64,000 nt of DNA from Camelus ferus (taxonomy: Eukaryota), in assembly GCF_009834535.1 (NCBI RefSeq), contig NC_045698.1, forward strand, positions 11,038,001 through 11,102,000, written 5' to 3'. The notes under the pieces were generated by a model. That model did not search any database, had not been told where the DNA came from, and saw only the letters and a program-made list of their open reading frames with translations. Shown here piece after piece: positions 13,701 to 26,483 of the stretch (positions within the stretch are counted from its first letter, which is position 1; every line of letters begins with the position of its first letter). The position numbers and the translations under genes are program-made.

Positions 13701-14236
13701 TTTCCCCTTGGGGAGGTCACTGAATAACAGGGATTTGAGAGAATCTTAGGACCTACCATATGTATAACATGCCTGTCTCCTCTGCTCTAAATATTGGGGA
13801 AGTTTCATGGCACCGCGTGATTCCAGAAGCATGACTCTGCACTTCTTTTCACCCAAAGAAACTGAGCGTGGAGCTGCTCAGAGCTAATAACAGTGCTTTT
13901 TACTTTGCGATTTTCACTTGCTTCATCACTCATGTGATATGATACAGGGTCCTCCTTAGCCAAGTTGCATTTTAAAGATTGCACCTAGAAGAAAGACACC
14001 ATCATGATCAAAAGTATTGACTAAAGTACTGAGACTGAGAAAGGTACTCTCTTATCTCTCTCTTTTTTTGAACCCACTTATCCTTCAATTTTGTCCATTT
14101 CTCTGTCAGTGCTAGCCCTTCTTAGCTGACAGGAAGATCTTGCATACTGTGCAAAACAAAACTGTAAAAATTAGACAAACCAATTTTAGTGAAAATTGCA
14201 ATTCTTGCAAAAGATTCAGGATTTCATGAAGTCATA

Positions 14237-14490
14237 GGGGATAAAATATAATTGAATCCTTACCTCACACCATACAGAAAAATAAATTCCATTTGGATTA
14301 CACATCTAAATTTTAAGTAAAGACATTTAAATTAGGGAAAATAAGAATATTCTTTTGTAATTTGAAGGTGATAGAGATTTCAGGAAGACAGAGTATCCAT
14401 AACCCATAGAAATAGAGACTAAGATGCTTAATAACATTAAAGGATAAACAAATACCACTGTGCAGTTAAAGATACAATAAATAAAAAGCA
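14237..14490 (+). mobile_element. Old L1M ORF2 fragment
   Basis: 'ccttacctcacaccatacagaaaaataaattcca..tggatta' is an L1 ORF2 motif. Confidence 0.7.
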
Positions 14491-14519
14491 GTAGGGCTGG
14501 CTAGTAGAGAGGGTGAGTA

Positions 14520-15462
14520 TGTAATTTTAGCACCTGTATGCAGAGTTCATGTAGAGAAACTATTCCCTTTTCCATAGACTAGGGGGAAAAAGATTCATAA
14601 AATCCACTTATAAATAATATGAATTAACTGCAAAAAGGGAAACACATAGAATTCCATGTTTAGATGTCTCCTTGGTCAATATGCTTGCTAAACATCACCT
14701 GTTATTTCTGCAGGGAAGCCTGCATTAGTGAAAAATTGTGTAGAGGGATGACCACATGGAGAAAGAGCAGTGTTGGTCTTCCATTCCTTGTTCCTGAGCG
14801 ATGTGGAATGTGGATCCTGCAAATCATTGGGAGATTGAGGTGGTAGATGAGATTGTGGCAGCTGGGAGACAGTGTGTGCTACAGGCTTGCTAGGGATGAG
14901 GGCAGTCTAAAACGGAAGGACAAAAAGGAGCCCTGCTAAGAAGTCTGCAGTATGATGCTGTTAGCTAGTGATCAACTGGAGATAGCCAATTCTCACCAAC
15001 AGCCTTCAAGGCATAGGACACCTGGACACCATTTCCTTTCACTGAGCCAACAGACAATGATTTAAAGTAGAAGTTAGGTTCAACCAAGGAAGCTTTCAGC
15101 CTCATGCAAGAAGTCAGATGGGGGCACCATTTCTGCTCTTCCTCCTTTGCGTTCTGCAGTGAAGCCCAAGGAAAAGGGAAGGTGGGTGTTTGAGAGCAGA
15201 CGACACCCTCCCTCACTGCTCCAAGCCTCCTAGCATCTCTAAGTGTGAGAGGGGAGAGGAAGGAGAGTTTAAACCGAAATGTGAGACTGAAATTTCTCAG
15301 TGATCAGGACTGAGAAGTAGTCTTTCTACAAATTCAGACTTACTAGAAAGTGATAGAACTGAGCAAATATTGCTCATTAAGGGGCTCAGTACTGAGCAGC
15401 AAAGAGATGGTGAGAAAGAAGTTTAAACCTCCCCGTTAAACAGACTTGCATGTGCCGTAACT
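14520..15462 (+). mobile_element. Probable ancient Gypsy-type LTR (MamGypLTR/LTR81-85-like)
   Basis: Starts TGTAA; 'gagaggaaggagagtttaaaccgaaatgtgagactgaaattt...ggactgag...gaaagtga' resembles remembered MamGypLTR 3' halves; lies just upstream of, and in the same orientation as, the gag fossil; boundaries approximate. Confidence 0.45.
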
Positions 15463-15840
15463 TTCTGCTCTATAAGAGAGTTGTTGGAACATCAACTTAA
15501 AGTCACTAAGAGTAGCTTACCTAAACAGGTAGGATCAAACACTGTATAGTCACTTCAGCAGCCTCTTTTGGGGATGAAGGAAGCACTGCTTTGACTCACT
15601 GGGGTAAATTTCTTTGAGAAGTTGGACAGGAGGCCCATTGTCTGGAGAAAGAGAATGTAATCAGATCAGAGTTTGGAAGTCACAAGAGTCCAGTTCTCCT
15701 CCAATGGCCCACTAGAAAGAAGGCTGGTGATAGTTGTGGGTTTGTAAGGAGAACTCACATTCTTGGGGATGCCCACAAGCCCGAGGAGTCAGGAGCTGAA
15801 CACCATATACCAATCTCAGAACCCTAAGCCTAGAGATACC

Positions 15841-17047
15841 ATGGCTGAGTTTGGCACTGAGTGGTCCTTGCTTCCTCTGAACACGTAGAGGTCTGTGATG
15901 GCATCTGGACCAGCATGGAGTCACTGGAATGCAGAAAAGAATTACAGACTTGAGATATGACAAGTTTTGTGAGCTAATGAGACCCTAGTTCTTTCCTCAC
16001 TTAGGCCTGGCAACTTGCCTGTTCCACTACCCACCAAGAGAGTTGCATCCATGTTTGTGTGAGATAACTCAAAAGGGGCATACAGTCTTCCCCACTAAAA
16101 ATGCAAGTGAGTGCCCCACATTTCACTGAACAAATGAAAGAGAAGAAAACATGCTGAGAGGCCATTCATGGAAGTTCCATGTCAGAGCCCAAGACCTGGA
16201 TTTGGGGATCCTCAGGCAGGATGATTCTCCATCACTGACTAATCAAAATCTCTGGAGTGAGTCACTTGAGTTTGAAACAATGGCGATACAGTGCAGATTT
16301 TTTTCTATACAGTTGAACGATGTTAAGAGTGTGACTCAAAGTCCTTAGGAGATAAAATGTGGTTGAAAAAGAGGGATAAAGTACAGAATCAAGTTGTTGA
16401 AAATAATTCCTCTGTGACCATCAACGCTTTCTGGGAGATAATGGAGAGGGGAATGCAGGGAGAGATATTTTTAACACTCTTATCTCAGACCATCACCTGG
16501 AGCCTGGATTGTCCATCAGAAACGTGGCTAACACATGGAGACAGGAAACAGGAGAGGTCATGTTGTCTGCACAAGAAATAGTGATGCACCAGAAGCCTTA
16601 GGAGTTTTCAAGCAACAGGACATCCACTCCAGGAGAGAAGATGTCTGAACCTTGGCTGACCAATTGTAACAGAAGCCTGCAAGTTTGTCAGTGAATGGAC
16701 TGAGAGAATGAAGTAAAGAACAAGTGAAGAATGAGCTAGTGAAGCCCCTTACATGGTCTGCACTGGAGTCATCAAGTTTTCTCAGACAGGCAATACCTAC
16801 ACAGCTCTAGCCAACAGACACACTGGCTAAGTATTTTAAGAATTGTCAGAGAAGAGGAAAGACATAACAGCTTGTCAAGGCCTTGGCTCAAAAAGTTTTG
16901 GAAACTGTTTCCCTCAAATGGCAGGGTCTACTCCCACGAAGGGGAAGGGTTTCTGAGATAACTCCCATGGATGCAGGGAAATGGAAATGCTCATTTTGTT
17001 GTTTTGTTTCTGGAGAAGACGGTCATTTTCTGGTAGCCTTTGAATAG
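15841..17047 (+). mobile_element. Decayed Ty3/Gypsy gag (MamGyp-int-like; PNMA/ZCCHC12-related), many stops and frameshifts
   Basis: WKFHVRAQDLDLGILRQ (16169-16219); HQK..FSSNRTSTPGEKMSEPWL (16587-16658); ALE/VIKFSQTGN (16760-16794); C-FV-S-GEDG-H-FLVA-F (17000-17041) with exact CX2CX4HX4C spacing; motifs colinear with PNMA-type Gag. Confidence 0.75.
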
Positions 17048-17204
17048 GAGATTCCACGCAAATGCTAGAAAAGCTAAGGTGAGCCTAAAAACCTCACGGA
17101 ATGAGAAGGACTTGAGCAGAGATGCCTTGTTTTTGCCAACAATTAGGCTCAGCAATACTGAGGACCTCTCATCCCACAGAACACAGGAAGCTGAAGAAGG
17201 GGTG

Positions 17205-17590
17205 TGTGTTCAGCTGAAGGATGGCCTCAGAGATGTCCGCGTCTTAATCTTCAGATCCTGTGAACATCATCTAAAGCGACTTAAGGGACCTTATAGATGT
17301 GATCAAGTTAAAGATGACGAGATGGGGAGATAAGCTTGGTAGATCCAATATAATCCCCAGGGTCCTTATTATTAGGAAGGTAGGAGGGTCACTCAGGGAA
17401 GGAGATGTCACAGTGGAAGCAGGGATCAGAGTGATGCAGGGTCACAAGCCAAGGAGTCTGGGCAGCCTTTAGTAGCTGGGAAAGGCAAGGAAATGGATTC
17501 TTCCCTAGAACGTTCAGAAGCAACGCAGCCCTGCTGACTGACTTAGGACTTCTGACCTTCAGAACGGCAAGTTCATAAAATAAGGTTGTT
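17205..17590 (+). mobile_element. MaLR LTR (MLT1C/D-like), 3' end degraded
   Basis: 'gatgtgatcaagttaaagatgacgagatgggg...caagccaaggagtctgggcagcc...gggaaaggcaaggaaatggattcttccctaga...gacttctgacc'. Confidence 0.85.
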
Positions 17591-18873
17591 CCAGGCTGGC
17601 CATGTCCACATCCATCACTGCTAGGTGAATTCAAAGTGATCCCCACACTGCTGATGTCTTGAGTCCCACCAGGAGTCAGAATTCACCACAGGGTCCTCAT
17701 GTCTGGCTGCTGTCATTGGGCCTTTCACTTGGGGGCTAACTCTGACCCTGATTAAGACGAAACCAGAGGCTCAATGTGGGCACCATCCCACTCTGCTGGA
17801 CGCAGCTACATCCTGACATTAGTGTGTTTAATCTCGAGGAGCTGCTCACTCTCAAGTCTTGTGTGGCTGATCAAAATCTTCCTCAGTATCACAGAGGAAG
17901 CAGGGCCCTTTGGAGTGGAAGAAGCTGGAACTATAGTTGAAAAAACTGCAGGGAAGGGTCTGGCCCATGAAGAGGTGGGTGTAACACTGCAGAGTTAGCT
18001 TGAGGGGCACCTGGGGCAATTCCTGACACGGACTCAGACGATGCTGTGCCCTTGGGAGGTGCCCTGGAAGGACAGGTGAAGCCCTCCTGCTGAATAGACA
18101 CTGCACATGGAAACTATGAATCAAGGCTAGCTTGTCTAGACCCGCAAGTACATCCCCAAAGCCCAGTTGCCATCTCTCCACCACTGAGTCTCCAAAATTT
18201 GCTCTGCATCCCACAAAATGTAGCTCTAGGTCAGAGTTTATTTATCCTACTCAGCAAAGCCCCACTGCTTAGAGAACAGCATAATTGACCTCACCCTTTC
18301 ATCAAAGGGTTACCAAAACCCTCCCTGGATGGTCCTGGAACAGACGTGGGGAGCCGGTTGTGAAAGGGATTGTGGAGAGAGGAGGAATGGGAAGACTGTG
18401 GAAGAAGAGGCGCTGGAAAAATCAGCTTACAATTTGCTATGTGATAATCCGCTGCCCCGTGAAATCTTTAGTAACATCTGCATTACTCATGAATGGATTT
18501 TGGATTTCAGTTTCTCTCTGGGGGCTGTAATAAAATGCTGAGTCTTGGTCACATTAGAGTTATAGCAATGTTTGCACAGAACAAATATTTAAACTGTAGA
18601 GTGTAGCTTAAAAAGTTTTTCTTATGAATGATTTAAATGCACACTTGTTATTTCCTCTAAAAATAAATAATAAATACATTTATGTTTTTAAGTAATAGTT
18701 AAATTCTCATGCCTTCATTTATTTAATTGAATTGAATAAATAGCTATTGAGCACTCAGGAGAAAAAGATGTTTTGTTTTTGTTTCTGTATGTATTGTAAG
18801 TTGATCACAGCCAGGCTGCACGAACATTGCATGATTCATTTGGGCTATGCATTTCCACAGCTAAGACTATGTT

Positions 18874-20057
18874 ATTTTATTCTGTTTTATTTTATTTTTG
18901 TTTTTTTAATTGAAGTATAGTCAGTTATAATATGTCAATTTCTAGTGTACAGCATAATATTTCACTCATACATATATATATATACACATAGTCATTTTCA
19001 TTTTTTTCATTATAGGTTACTACAAGATATCGAGTATAGTTCCCTGTGCTATATAGAAGAAACTTCTTGTTTATTTTATATATAGCAGTTAATATTTGCA
19101 AATCTCGAACTCCCAATTTACTTCTTCCATACCCCCTTTCCCCCCAGTAACCATAAGTTTGTTTACTATGTCTGTTTCTGTTTTGTAGATGAGTTCATTA
19201 GTGTCCTCTTTTTTCTTTTTTGTTAGATTCCACATATTAGTGATATCATATGGTATTTTTTTTTCTCTTTCTGGCTTATTTCACTCAGAATGACAATCTC
19301 CAGGTCAATCCATGTTGCTGCAAATGGCATTATTTTATTCTTTTTATTGCTGAGTAGTATTCCATTGTATAAATATACCACATCTTCCTTATCCAGTCAT
19401 CTGCTGCTGGACATTTAGGTTGTTTCCATGTCTTGGCTATTGTATATAGTGCTGCTATGAACACTGGGGTATATGTATTTTTTCAAATTAGAGTTCCCTC
19501 TGGATATGCCCAGGAATGGGATTACTGGATCATATGATAAGTCTATTTTTAGTTTTTGAGGACTCTCCATATTGTTTTTCATAATGGCTGCACCAAACTG
19601 CATTCCCAACAATAGTGTAGGAGGATTTCCTTTTCTCTGGACTTTTGAATGATGGCCATTCTGACTTGTGTGAGGTGATACCGCATTGTAGTTTTGATTT
19701 GCATTTCTCTAATAATTAGCAATATTGAGCATTGTTTCATGTGTCTATTGGCCATTTGTATGTCTTCATTGGAGAATTACTTGTTTAGGTCTTCTGTCCA
19801 TTTTTGGATTGGATTATTTGTTTTTTGTTAAGTTATATGAGCTTATATATCTATATTCTGAAAATAAAGCCTTTGTCAGTCACATCATTTGCAAATATTT
19901 TATTCCATTCTGTAGATCGTCATTTTGTTTTGCTTTCCTTTTGGTTTCCTTTGCTGTGCAAAAGCTTACAAGTTCAATTAGGTCCCATTAGTTTATTTTT
20001 GTTTTTATTTCTATTTCTTAGGTAGACTTCCCTAGGGGGACATTGCTAAGATTTATG
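18874..20057 (-). mobile_element. Camelid/artiodactyl-type L1, 5'-truncated (~1.2 kb)
   Basis: T-rich tail, 'aattgaagtatagtcagtta', antisense ORF2 C-terminal motifs, small internal deletion near 19638; degenerate TSD cagctaagactatgtt (from 18858) / cagctagaaccatttt (from 20058). Confidence 0.92.
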
Positions 20058-21285
20058 CAGCTAGAACCATTTTTAAAGCTAAGAAGTCAAGATCTGGGTC
20101 AAGGTCACTTTCTGCCTCTCATTGAATCCATGAATCTGCCTTCCATAAAACAACCTATGATCTAGCTAGACATTTCTCAATTATTATTTTCAAATTGCAA
20201 TGCTCGCATGTGTTTTCTGAGCCTAGGCACGTTAACAACTGAATAAAGCATTTGCTACATAATCTAACCACCATCAGTACTTGAAGTAGGAAGAAATAGC
20301 CATAATATGTGTGGTGTGTAAACTTTGCAGTGCCCTCCAGAGGCCAGTTTTCTCACAACAAAACAACTTCTTAGTACACGTTATCACTAAAATGCCTGCA
20401 TTTTTGTAGTGTACCAAGACAGGCAGAGCACTTCTCAAGGAAAAAGAATAGAATGACCTCAGAAAAGTTCTGAAATAAAAATGTGATGGAATGCAATCTA
20501 AGACCAATAAAATTCTAAAAGATAAAAGAAAAATAATTAAAAGAAAACCCAAACTCTTTTTCCCAGAAATTGACAAAACTCCTTCAAAATTCAGAAGTAA
20601 AATACCAATATAAAGATAAATGTCTATAAAAAGTATGCTGTTCTCCTAAATACTTAAAGCAATGTTGTCCAGCCAGAGCCAAAAGGCATCGGGTCCTAAC
20701 AGGTGCAGGATTCAGGTTTAAAGAGTGATCAAATTCAATTGCTAAACATACTTGCATGTGAGACTGAAAACAGAGCAAGAACACACAGAGGCCCGCATCC
20801 CACAGAACGGACTGATGGAGGTAAATAAACTACAACAGGCTGGGTTTAAATAAATTATGGTTGGGACGAAGCAGACAAAAGGCAGAGCATTCCACTTTGT
20901 TCTTGGGAGGAGATCTCAAGTGACCCACGCAGCAGCCCAGGTCAGGGAACAGCATCTTAGTTTATAACCACTGAGGGGGAAAGCCTCCAAGAATGATGCT
21001 GACAGAATCGGAAAGTTTATAAAAGAGAAGTGTAACACCATGTAGCCACAGTTATTTGTTGCTTCCATGTTATCATCTACCACCCTCTCCAGCTGGCAGC
21101 CAGAGCCCCTGCACCATTTCTAGAACAGAGGATCAGGGGAAGCTGGAAGCTTTTATTCAGAAAGGGTTTTCAGCCTCTTCTCCATGAAAGGGACTTTCGT
21201 TGGATGCTCTGCATACGGGGAGGGAGGTTCCAAACATGCATATGTGACAAGTCTTTGCCTTCAAAGAATTTATGAGACCAGACAT

Positions 21286-21329
21286 GCACACACACCCATC
21301 CACACACACAAACACACATACACACACAC
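21286..21329. repeat. Imperfect (CA)n microsatellite
   Basis: Directly visible. Confidence 0.8.
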
Positions 21330-22086
21330 CCCTTTACTACAAACCAGAGACCATTCAGAGCCACACAAGAAGGAAAAACCCAGTGCCCTGCAAGTTCAGG
21401 AAAGTCTTAGTCTCCCTGGGGCAAAAGTAATTCTGCTCTCTTCTCAATTTCCATAGCACTCTGCGTGTTTTAGATTTCTTGATTTAGAAGAGAAATAATA
21501 GCCATGTCCTCAGGTAACAGAGGACAAATGTGCGGAGAATACCAAAAATAGATTTAGAAATAAATGCAATCAATTTTATTTAACAAACATCTGTGGAATG
21601 TTCAGTACTGGTGCTGCTGCTGGCTCCGGGCACAGCGTGTGTCTCCTTGTGCATCCTGTGGTACAGTTTTCTAATAAAATGCAACTTGAAAGAATCCCAA
21701 GTTCAAAATGGTCATATAAGTAAATGACAGTATTCCTTCTAGAAAAAGAAAGTAGAGCCTCTTTTCTATCAGGGCTAAGACCTTCCTATACCATAGAAGC
21801 CCAGAACAATGCTTCCAGCTGGAGATCCCCTTTCTCCTAAATGCTGAAAAACCAGAAATGATGGCCCAATCTTGAGTTCCTGTATTTCAAAATGTATAAG
21901 AAAGATTGTACATTTATCCACCCCCACAGGACTTCATCAGCAGATCCAAGGAAATTCATATAAGGTGGAAACGAGCTGTTAACAAATGCAGTTTGCTTGA
22001 CTATTTCAACCGCCATTAGTATTTGAAGTCACATCTAAATGGAGAGTAGGTGAGGAAACATACAGGAACGTAGTTGTGTGAAAGGC

Positions 22087-22529
22087 TGTATCCTGTGGCT
22101 GCTGCAACAATTGACCACAAACCTGATGGCTTAAAGCAGTAGATATTTATCCTCTCATAGCTCTGAAGGCCAGAATTCTGAAATCAAGGTGTTGGTAGGA
22201 CTGTATTCCTCGCAGAGGCTCTGGGGAGAATCCTTCTCTGCTCTTCTACCTTCTAGTGGCTGTTGGCATCCTTGGCTTGTGTCTGCGTAACTCTAATCTC
22301 TGCCTCTGTTTTCACATGGCCCTCCTCTCTGTGTGTCTCCTTTTCTGTTTCTTGTAAGGACGCTTATCATTGGATTTAGGGTGCACCTAGACAATCCAGC
22401 ATGATCTCATCTTGAGATCGTAACCTAATTACATCTGCAAAAACTCTTCTTCCAAATAAGGTTACATTCATGGTTCCGGAAGTTAGGACAAGTACACATC
22501 TTTTATAAGACCACCATTAACTCTCTACA
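22087..22529 (-). mobile_element. MaLR solo LTR (MLT1C-like)
   Basis: Full-length antisense MLT1C landmarks; near-perfect 5-bp TSD aaggc/aagac. Confidence 0.9.
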
Positions 22530-25500
22530 AAGACCAGGGAGGCTTGTGGGGAATAACTCATCTAATGGGAAGGAAGAATTCAGGTTTCTAAGTTTGGCTT
22601 AGGGACAACGGGTCAGAAGTGTTATATATTTAATAGAAACAGGCTGTATTCAGATCTGATTAATCCTGGTCGGTCTAGTGCTGAATCATGAAAATTTCTG
22701 TAAAGATATTTGAAAAGCTGGTTAAATAGAATGACAAAAGGACGTTTGTCCCCTCTCAGGATGCTAATGCTCATAATCTGTTGGCTCCTGGCTGAGAGAC
22801 AGATGGGGGAAATCTGTCACGGCATCTTTGTATTCCCAGGGCCTGGCTCAGATCCTCTCATAAGAGTAGTAGATGAATAAATCAATGAGTGAACAAAACA
22901 CAGACCCTAAACTCAGCACTATCTTCCGGCAGAACAGGAAAGAGTCATTTTAGAGCCATTGGAAAGGAGCAAGTGACTGAGTAAATGGAAAATTCCTGAA
23001 ACCAGCCATTATTAATGATGGGCTTCCTGCAGTCCTCTCTGCATGGAGAGTCAAGTTTGGTACCTTATTTCATAGGAACGTCCCCGTGTGATACGTTTCA
23101 TGACCACATGGTGGGGAGGAGAACACAGCACTGCAGGTCAGGTGATTGATAAGGGATCTGGTTACCCTTGTTTCTAGTCACGCCACCTTGAGAAAGCGAG
23201 GTGTCGCCCTCTCTCCTCCCAGGCCAGTGGAGGGGTCTCAGTCCACGCCCAGGGCCAGCGCACCTGGGACCTCCCACCCTCAAGTTCCAGCAGCCAAACA
23301 GCAGTGCTACCCTTCCTGCCATGTGTCCAGGAGTTTTCAGGGAATCCTGATGGTCCTGAGGCAGCATCGGTCCTAGCTCTAGCCTAAGTCTCTATGCTCA
23401 CCGTGAAGACTGACGGCAGCTGAGCAGACTCTGCACTGACGAGCTGTGTCTTGTATGATATGCTTCCCAGCACTTGCAGTGGGAAGAGGGGTTGGGACAG
23501 CTGGTCTCTTGCAGTGACTTCCAGATGGGGAGCAGAGCCCTGTGGTAGACACTGGGTCCTCTTTTCTGTGTGCCCCACAAAGTAATACCCTCTTGTGGCA
23601 TTTCTTTGTGCAATTTACCTGCACAGTATGTTCCAACATGCAAAGTGGGACAAGATATCAAGATTGATGTCACCAACAGACCTAGAATCACCTCCCTTTA
23701 CTTTTCCCTGGCAATGACCCTAAGTACCATGGAGTTTTCACATTATGTCCTTGGAACATAAAATGGTTAGTTACATCCTTTTCTGTAAGTACCAACTATT
23801 CCAAGCTGGGCTGGCTCATGCTGATATGGAATACCAGTTGTATAAACACTGAAATACTTCCATGTTGGTTAGTCTATTTGGCTTCTGTCTCACATTTTCC
23901 AAGAGCCCAATCCCTGGCTGCTCCAGCCCCTCCCTTGTTCTCACCAGATTTCCCCAGTATTCAGTAGCTAAAATTTCGTGCCCAGCACAGCAGTTACCCA
24001 GAACCCTGTTTCAGGTGTGTGGCCAATACCCACCCTGCTTGCTCAGTGCCTGTACCACACCAGTTGCTAATCTTGTGAATATCACCTCTGCTCTGACACC
24101 TCTGGTCTCCCTTCCTTTTTCTAATGCTCAAGGTAGGGCTGGAGCTGTTCTCTGTGATCCGATGTGGTTTTCTGTCTCCTTGCTTGCTGAAGAAGAAAGA
24201 ACAAACCCAGGTTAAACAGTGTTGGGCCCCTGCTATCCCCATTTAAGTCATTTGTCCACTCTTGATTACAGATTCTTCATCTATCAAGTACAGGAGTTGA
24301 ACTCTCATCTCTAAAACCCTCCCAACTTGAAAATTCCATGATTCTATACTATTTCTAGAAAAACCACTCACCCTACAAACATTAATGAATGATGAATCAA
24401 TACTCGGTCTAAAGGAAAGCTGGCATTAGTTGACTTCCATAACACAGCCATGGAAAAAGTAAGTGATGGAATTCTGACCTGGTAGGCATGAGACTGAGGC
24501 AGGGTGTCAATCCACCATTCCATGGACTATTGGAAAGAATAGGAGTGAAATAGCTGATTAAGGAAACATTTCTCATTGACTCCACACCACGAATTTTAGC
24601 AGGAGTTTGTAAAGTGAGGGCCTGACAGCCTCTATAGGAAAAGCATTAACAGACACTGAATGCCCTTGAGTTGGCCCTGCTCTGATGGGCATTTGACAAC
24701 TTCTAGACCCTGGGACTTTTTACTGCTTTCTCTTGTTTGCCTGTAGCCCAATTTACTTGGTCACAACATGTCTAAGTGACAAATAAGGGGAGGCTTTCAC
24801 TGGGAAACACAAAAATTAAAGGACTTGGAAATTCAAATCATCATGCAACGTGGAGCTATTCCTCACTTCTTGAGAGATCTAGCTAAAGGCCTTCTGTGCT
24901 CTGACCCCAAGGAGTCAACTGCTCTTGGAAGTGGGAAACCTGTTGCTGTGGCTCATGGTTGCTGTTTCCATTTAAAGGGCTCTGACTGGGATGGCAGGGA
25001 TCCAGAAATTTCCATTGGTTAAATGATGCAGAGTGACACAGAAAACAAAAAAAAGCGAAACCTTTGATAAAAATAATTGCTTCTTCTATGTCATCCTGTC
25101 CTCTTAATTTTGCAATTCCCTAGCTCTTGCAAAAATAGAGTAGCTGAGAGAGATAAGTAGGCTGGTGACGCTTACTGTACAGAGATTCCAAATATTTGTT
25201 GCCATTGTGGTTTTCCACTAGGAAAAAAAAAGAGGGAAATGTGTCAATACCTTATTGTAGTAGAGGTTACACTTACAGCTGTTCCCAAGTTGGAATATGA
25301 CAAACAGTTAATTGAATCAAAATATCCCCAGAACCATGTTTATGTTGGTTTAATGTATGATTAGCAGTCAATGGGCTTGAGCTCCTAACATTATTAACAC
25401 TTTAAAAAACAACTGGACAGACTTTGAGGGATTAGCGGACTGGGCTGTATTATAAACAGAGGTTCGCTCGGATTGGGTATTTTGTGCTTCCTCAGACAAA

Positions 25501-26241
25501 CCGGTCCGATTTTCCCATGCCCTCGGCTGGGTCCTACTGAGCAAGGGCGCTGTCAGGGCTACTGTGTGTGGGACACTACCGGCAGCTGCCAAGTGCTCAG
25601 CAGTCATCAGAGCAAGTCAGAAGCGTACTCATACCTAAAAATAAACACCGAAGAACACAGACCAGATGAAAGCGGCATTAAGCTGAACAACGGCACAATA
25701 GCCGGTGGAATGTTTTCTCCGTGTTGGCGTAGGCTCATTTGGGGGTGGAGAAAGCTGAGACTAAAGAAGTCCAGAAAAAAGATGACCGAGTTGCTGTACG
25801 GCAATACGTGCTCTGTACCAGTTTGCTTCAAATCTGTGATAGTCAGCTACTAATTCTACAGGGTCAGTGGCAAATGCGTCATTTGTCTTTCTTTGTCAGC
25901 CAATTCTTGGTGCTATCCCCAAATGCTAGCGCTGCAACGTCTTAGACTTCAGGTATCCAGTTAGTCTTCATCCCTTTTCTGTGTAGGACAGAGCAGTGTT
26001 TCACTTTCGAATCCATCATTTGCTCTTTTTCATGTTCTTACTTCGATCCGTTATGTACAAAATTTCTTCCCTTTGGTATAACTTCTAGCTGTACCTCTAT
26101 GTTGCCAAAAGTCAAATAAAAACTTCCTTGCTTGAGACATAGAATGCTAAATGAGGTAATTCATTAGCACTTTTTTCTACACAGCTAAAACAGAGATGAA
26201 ATAGACTGAATTTTTACATTTAAAAATTGCTTTATTGTACA

Positions 26242-26352
26242 TTCGTTCACTCATTCAACAAACATTTATTGAGCACCTACTATACAGTATTCCCGTAAAA
26301 CAGTGTACAACACTGACAACCGTCCTTACCATCATAAAGCTTATATTCTGGT
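26242..26352 (-). mobile_element. L2 3' end fragment
   Basis: 'ttcactcattcaacaaacatttattgagcacctactat'. Confidence 0.75.
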
Positions 26353-26413
26353 AAATTTTGTTTCCTTAGCTTTCTCATAGGAAAACAATCAGTGTATCCA
26401 GCATTTTCTAGAA

Positions 26414-26478
26414 CAGGGGTCCCCAAACTTTTTCCTGTGAAGAGCCAGATGATAATTACATTAGATTTTGTGGGCTAT
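26414..26478 (+). mobile_element. hAT-Charlie MITE 5' end (MER58-like), truncated by an LTR
   Basis: 'caggggtccccaaactttttcctgtgaagagccagat' after a tctagaa target-like site. Confidence 0.6.
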
Positions 26479-26483
26479 CTTTT

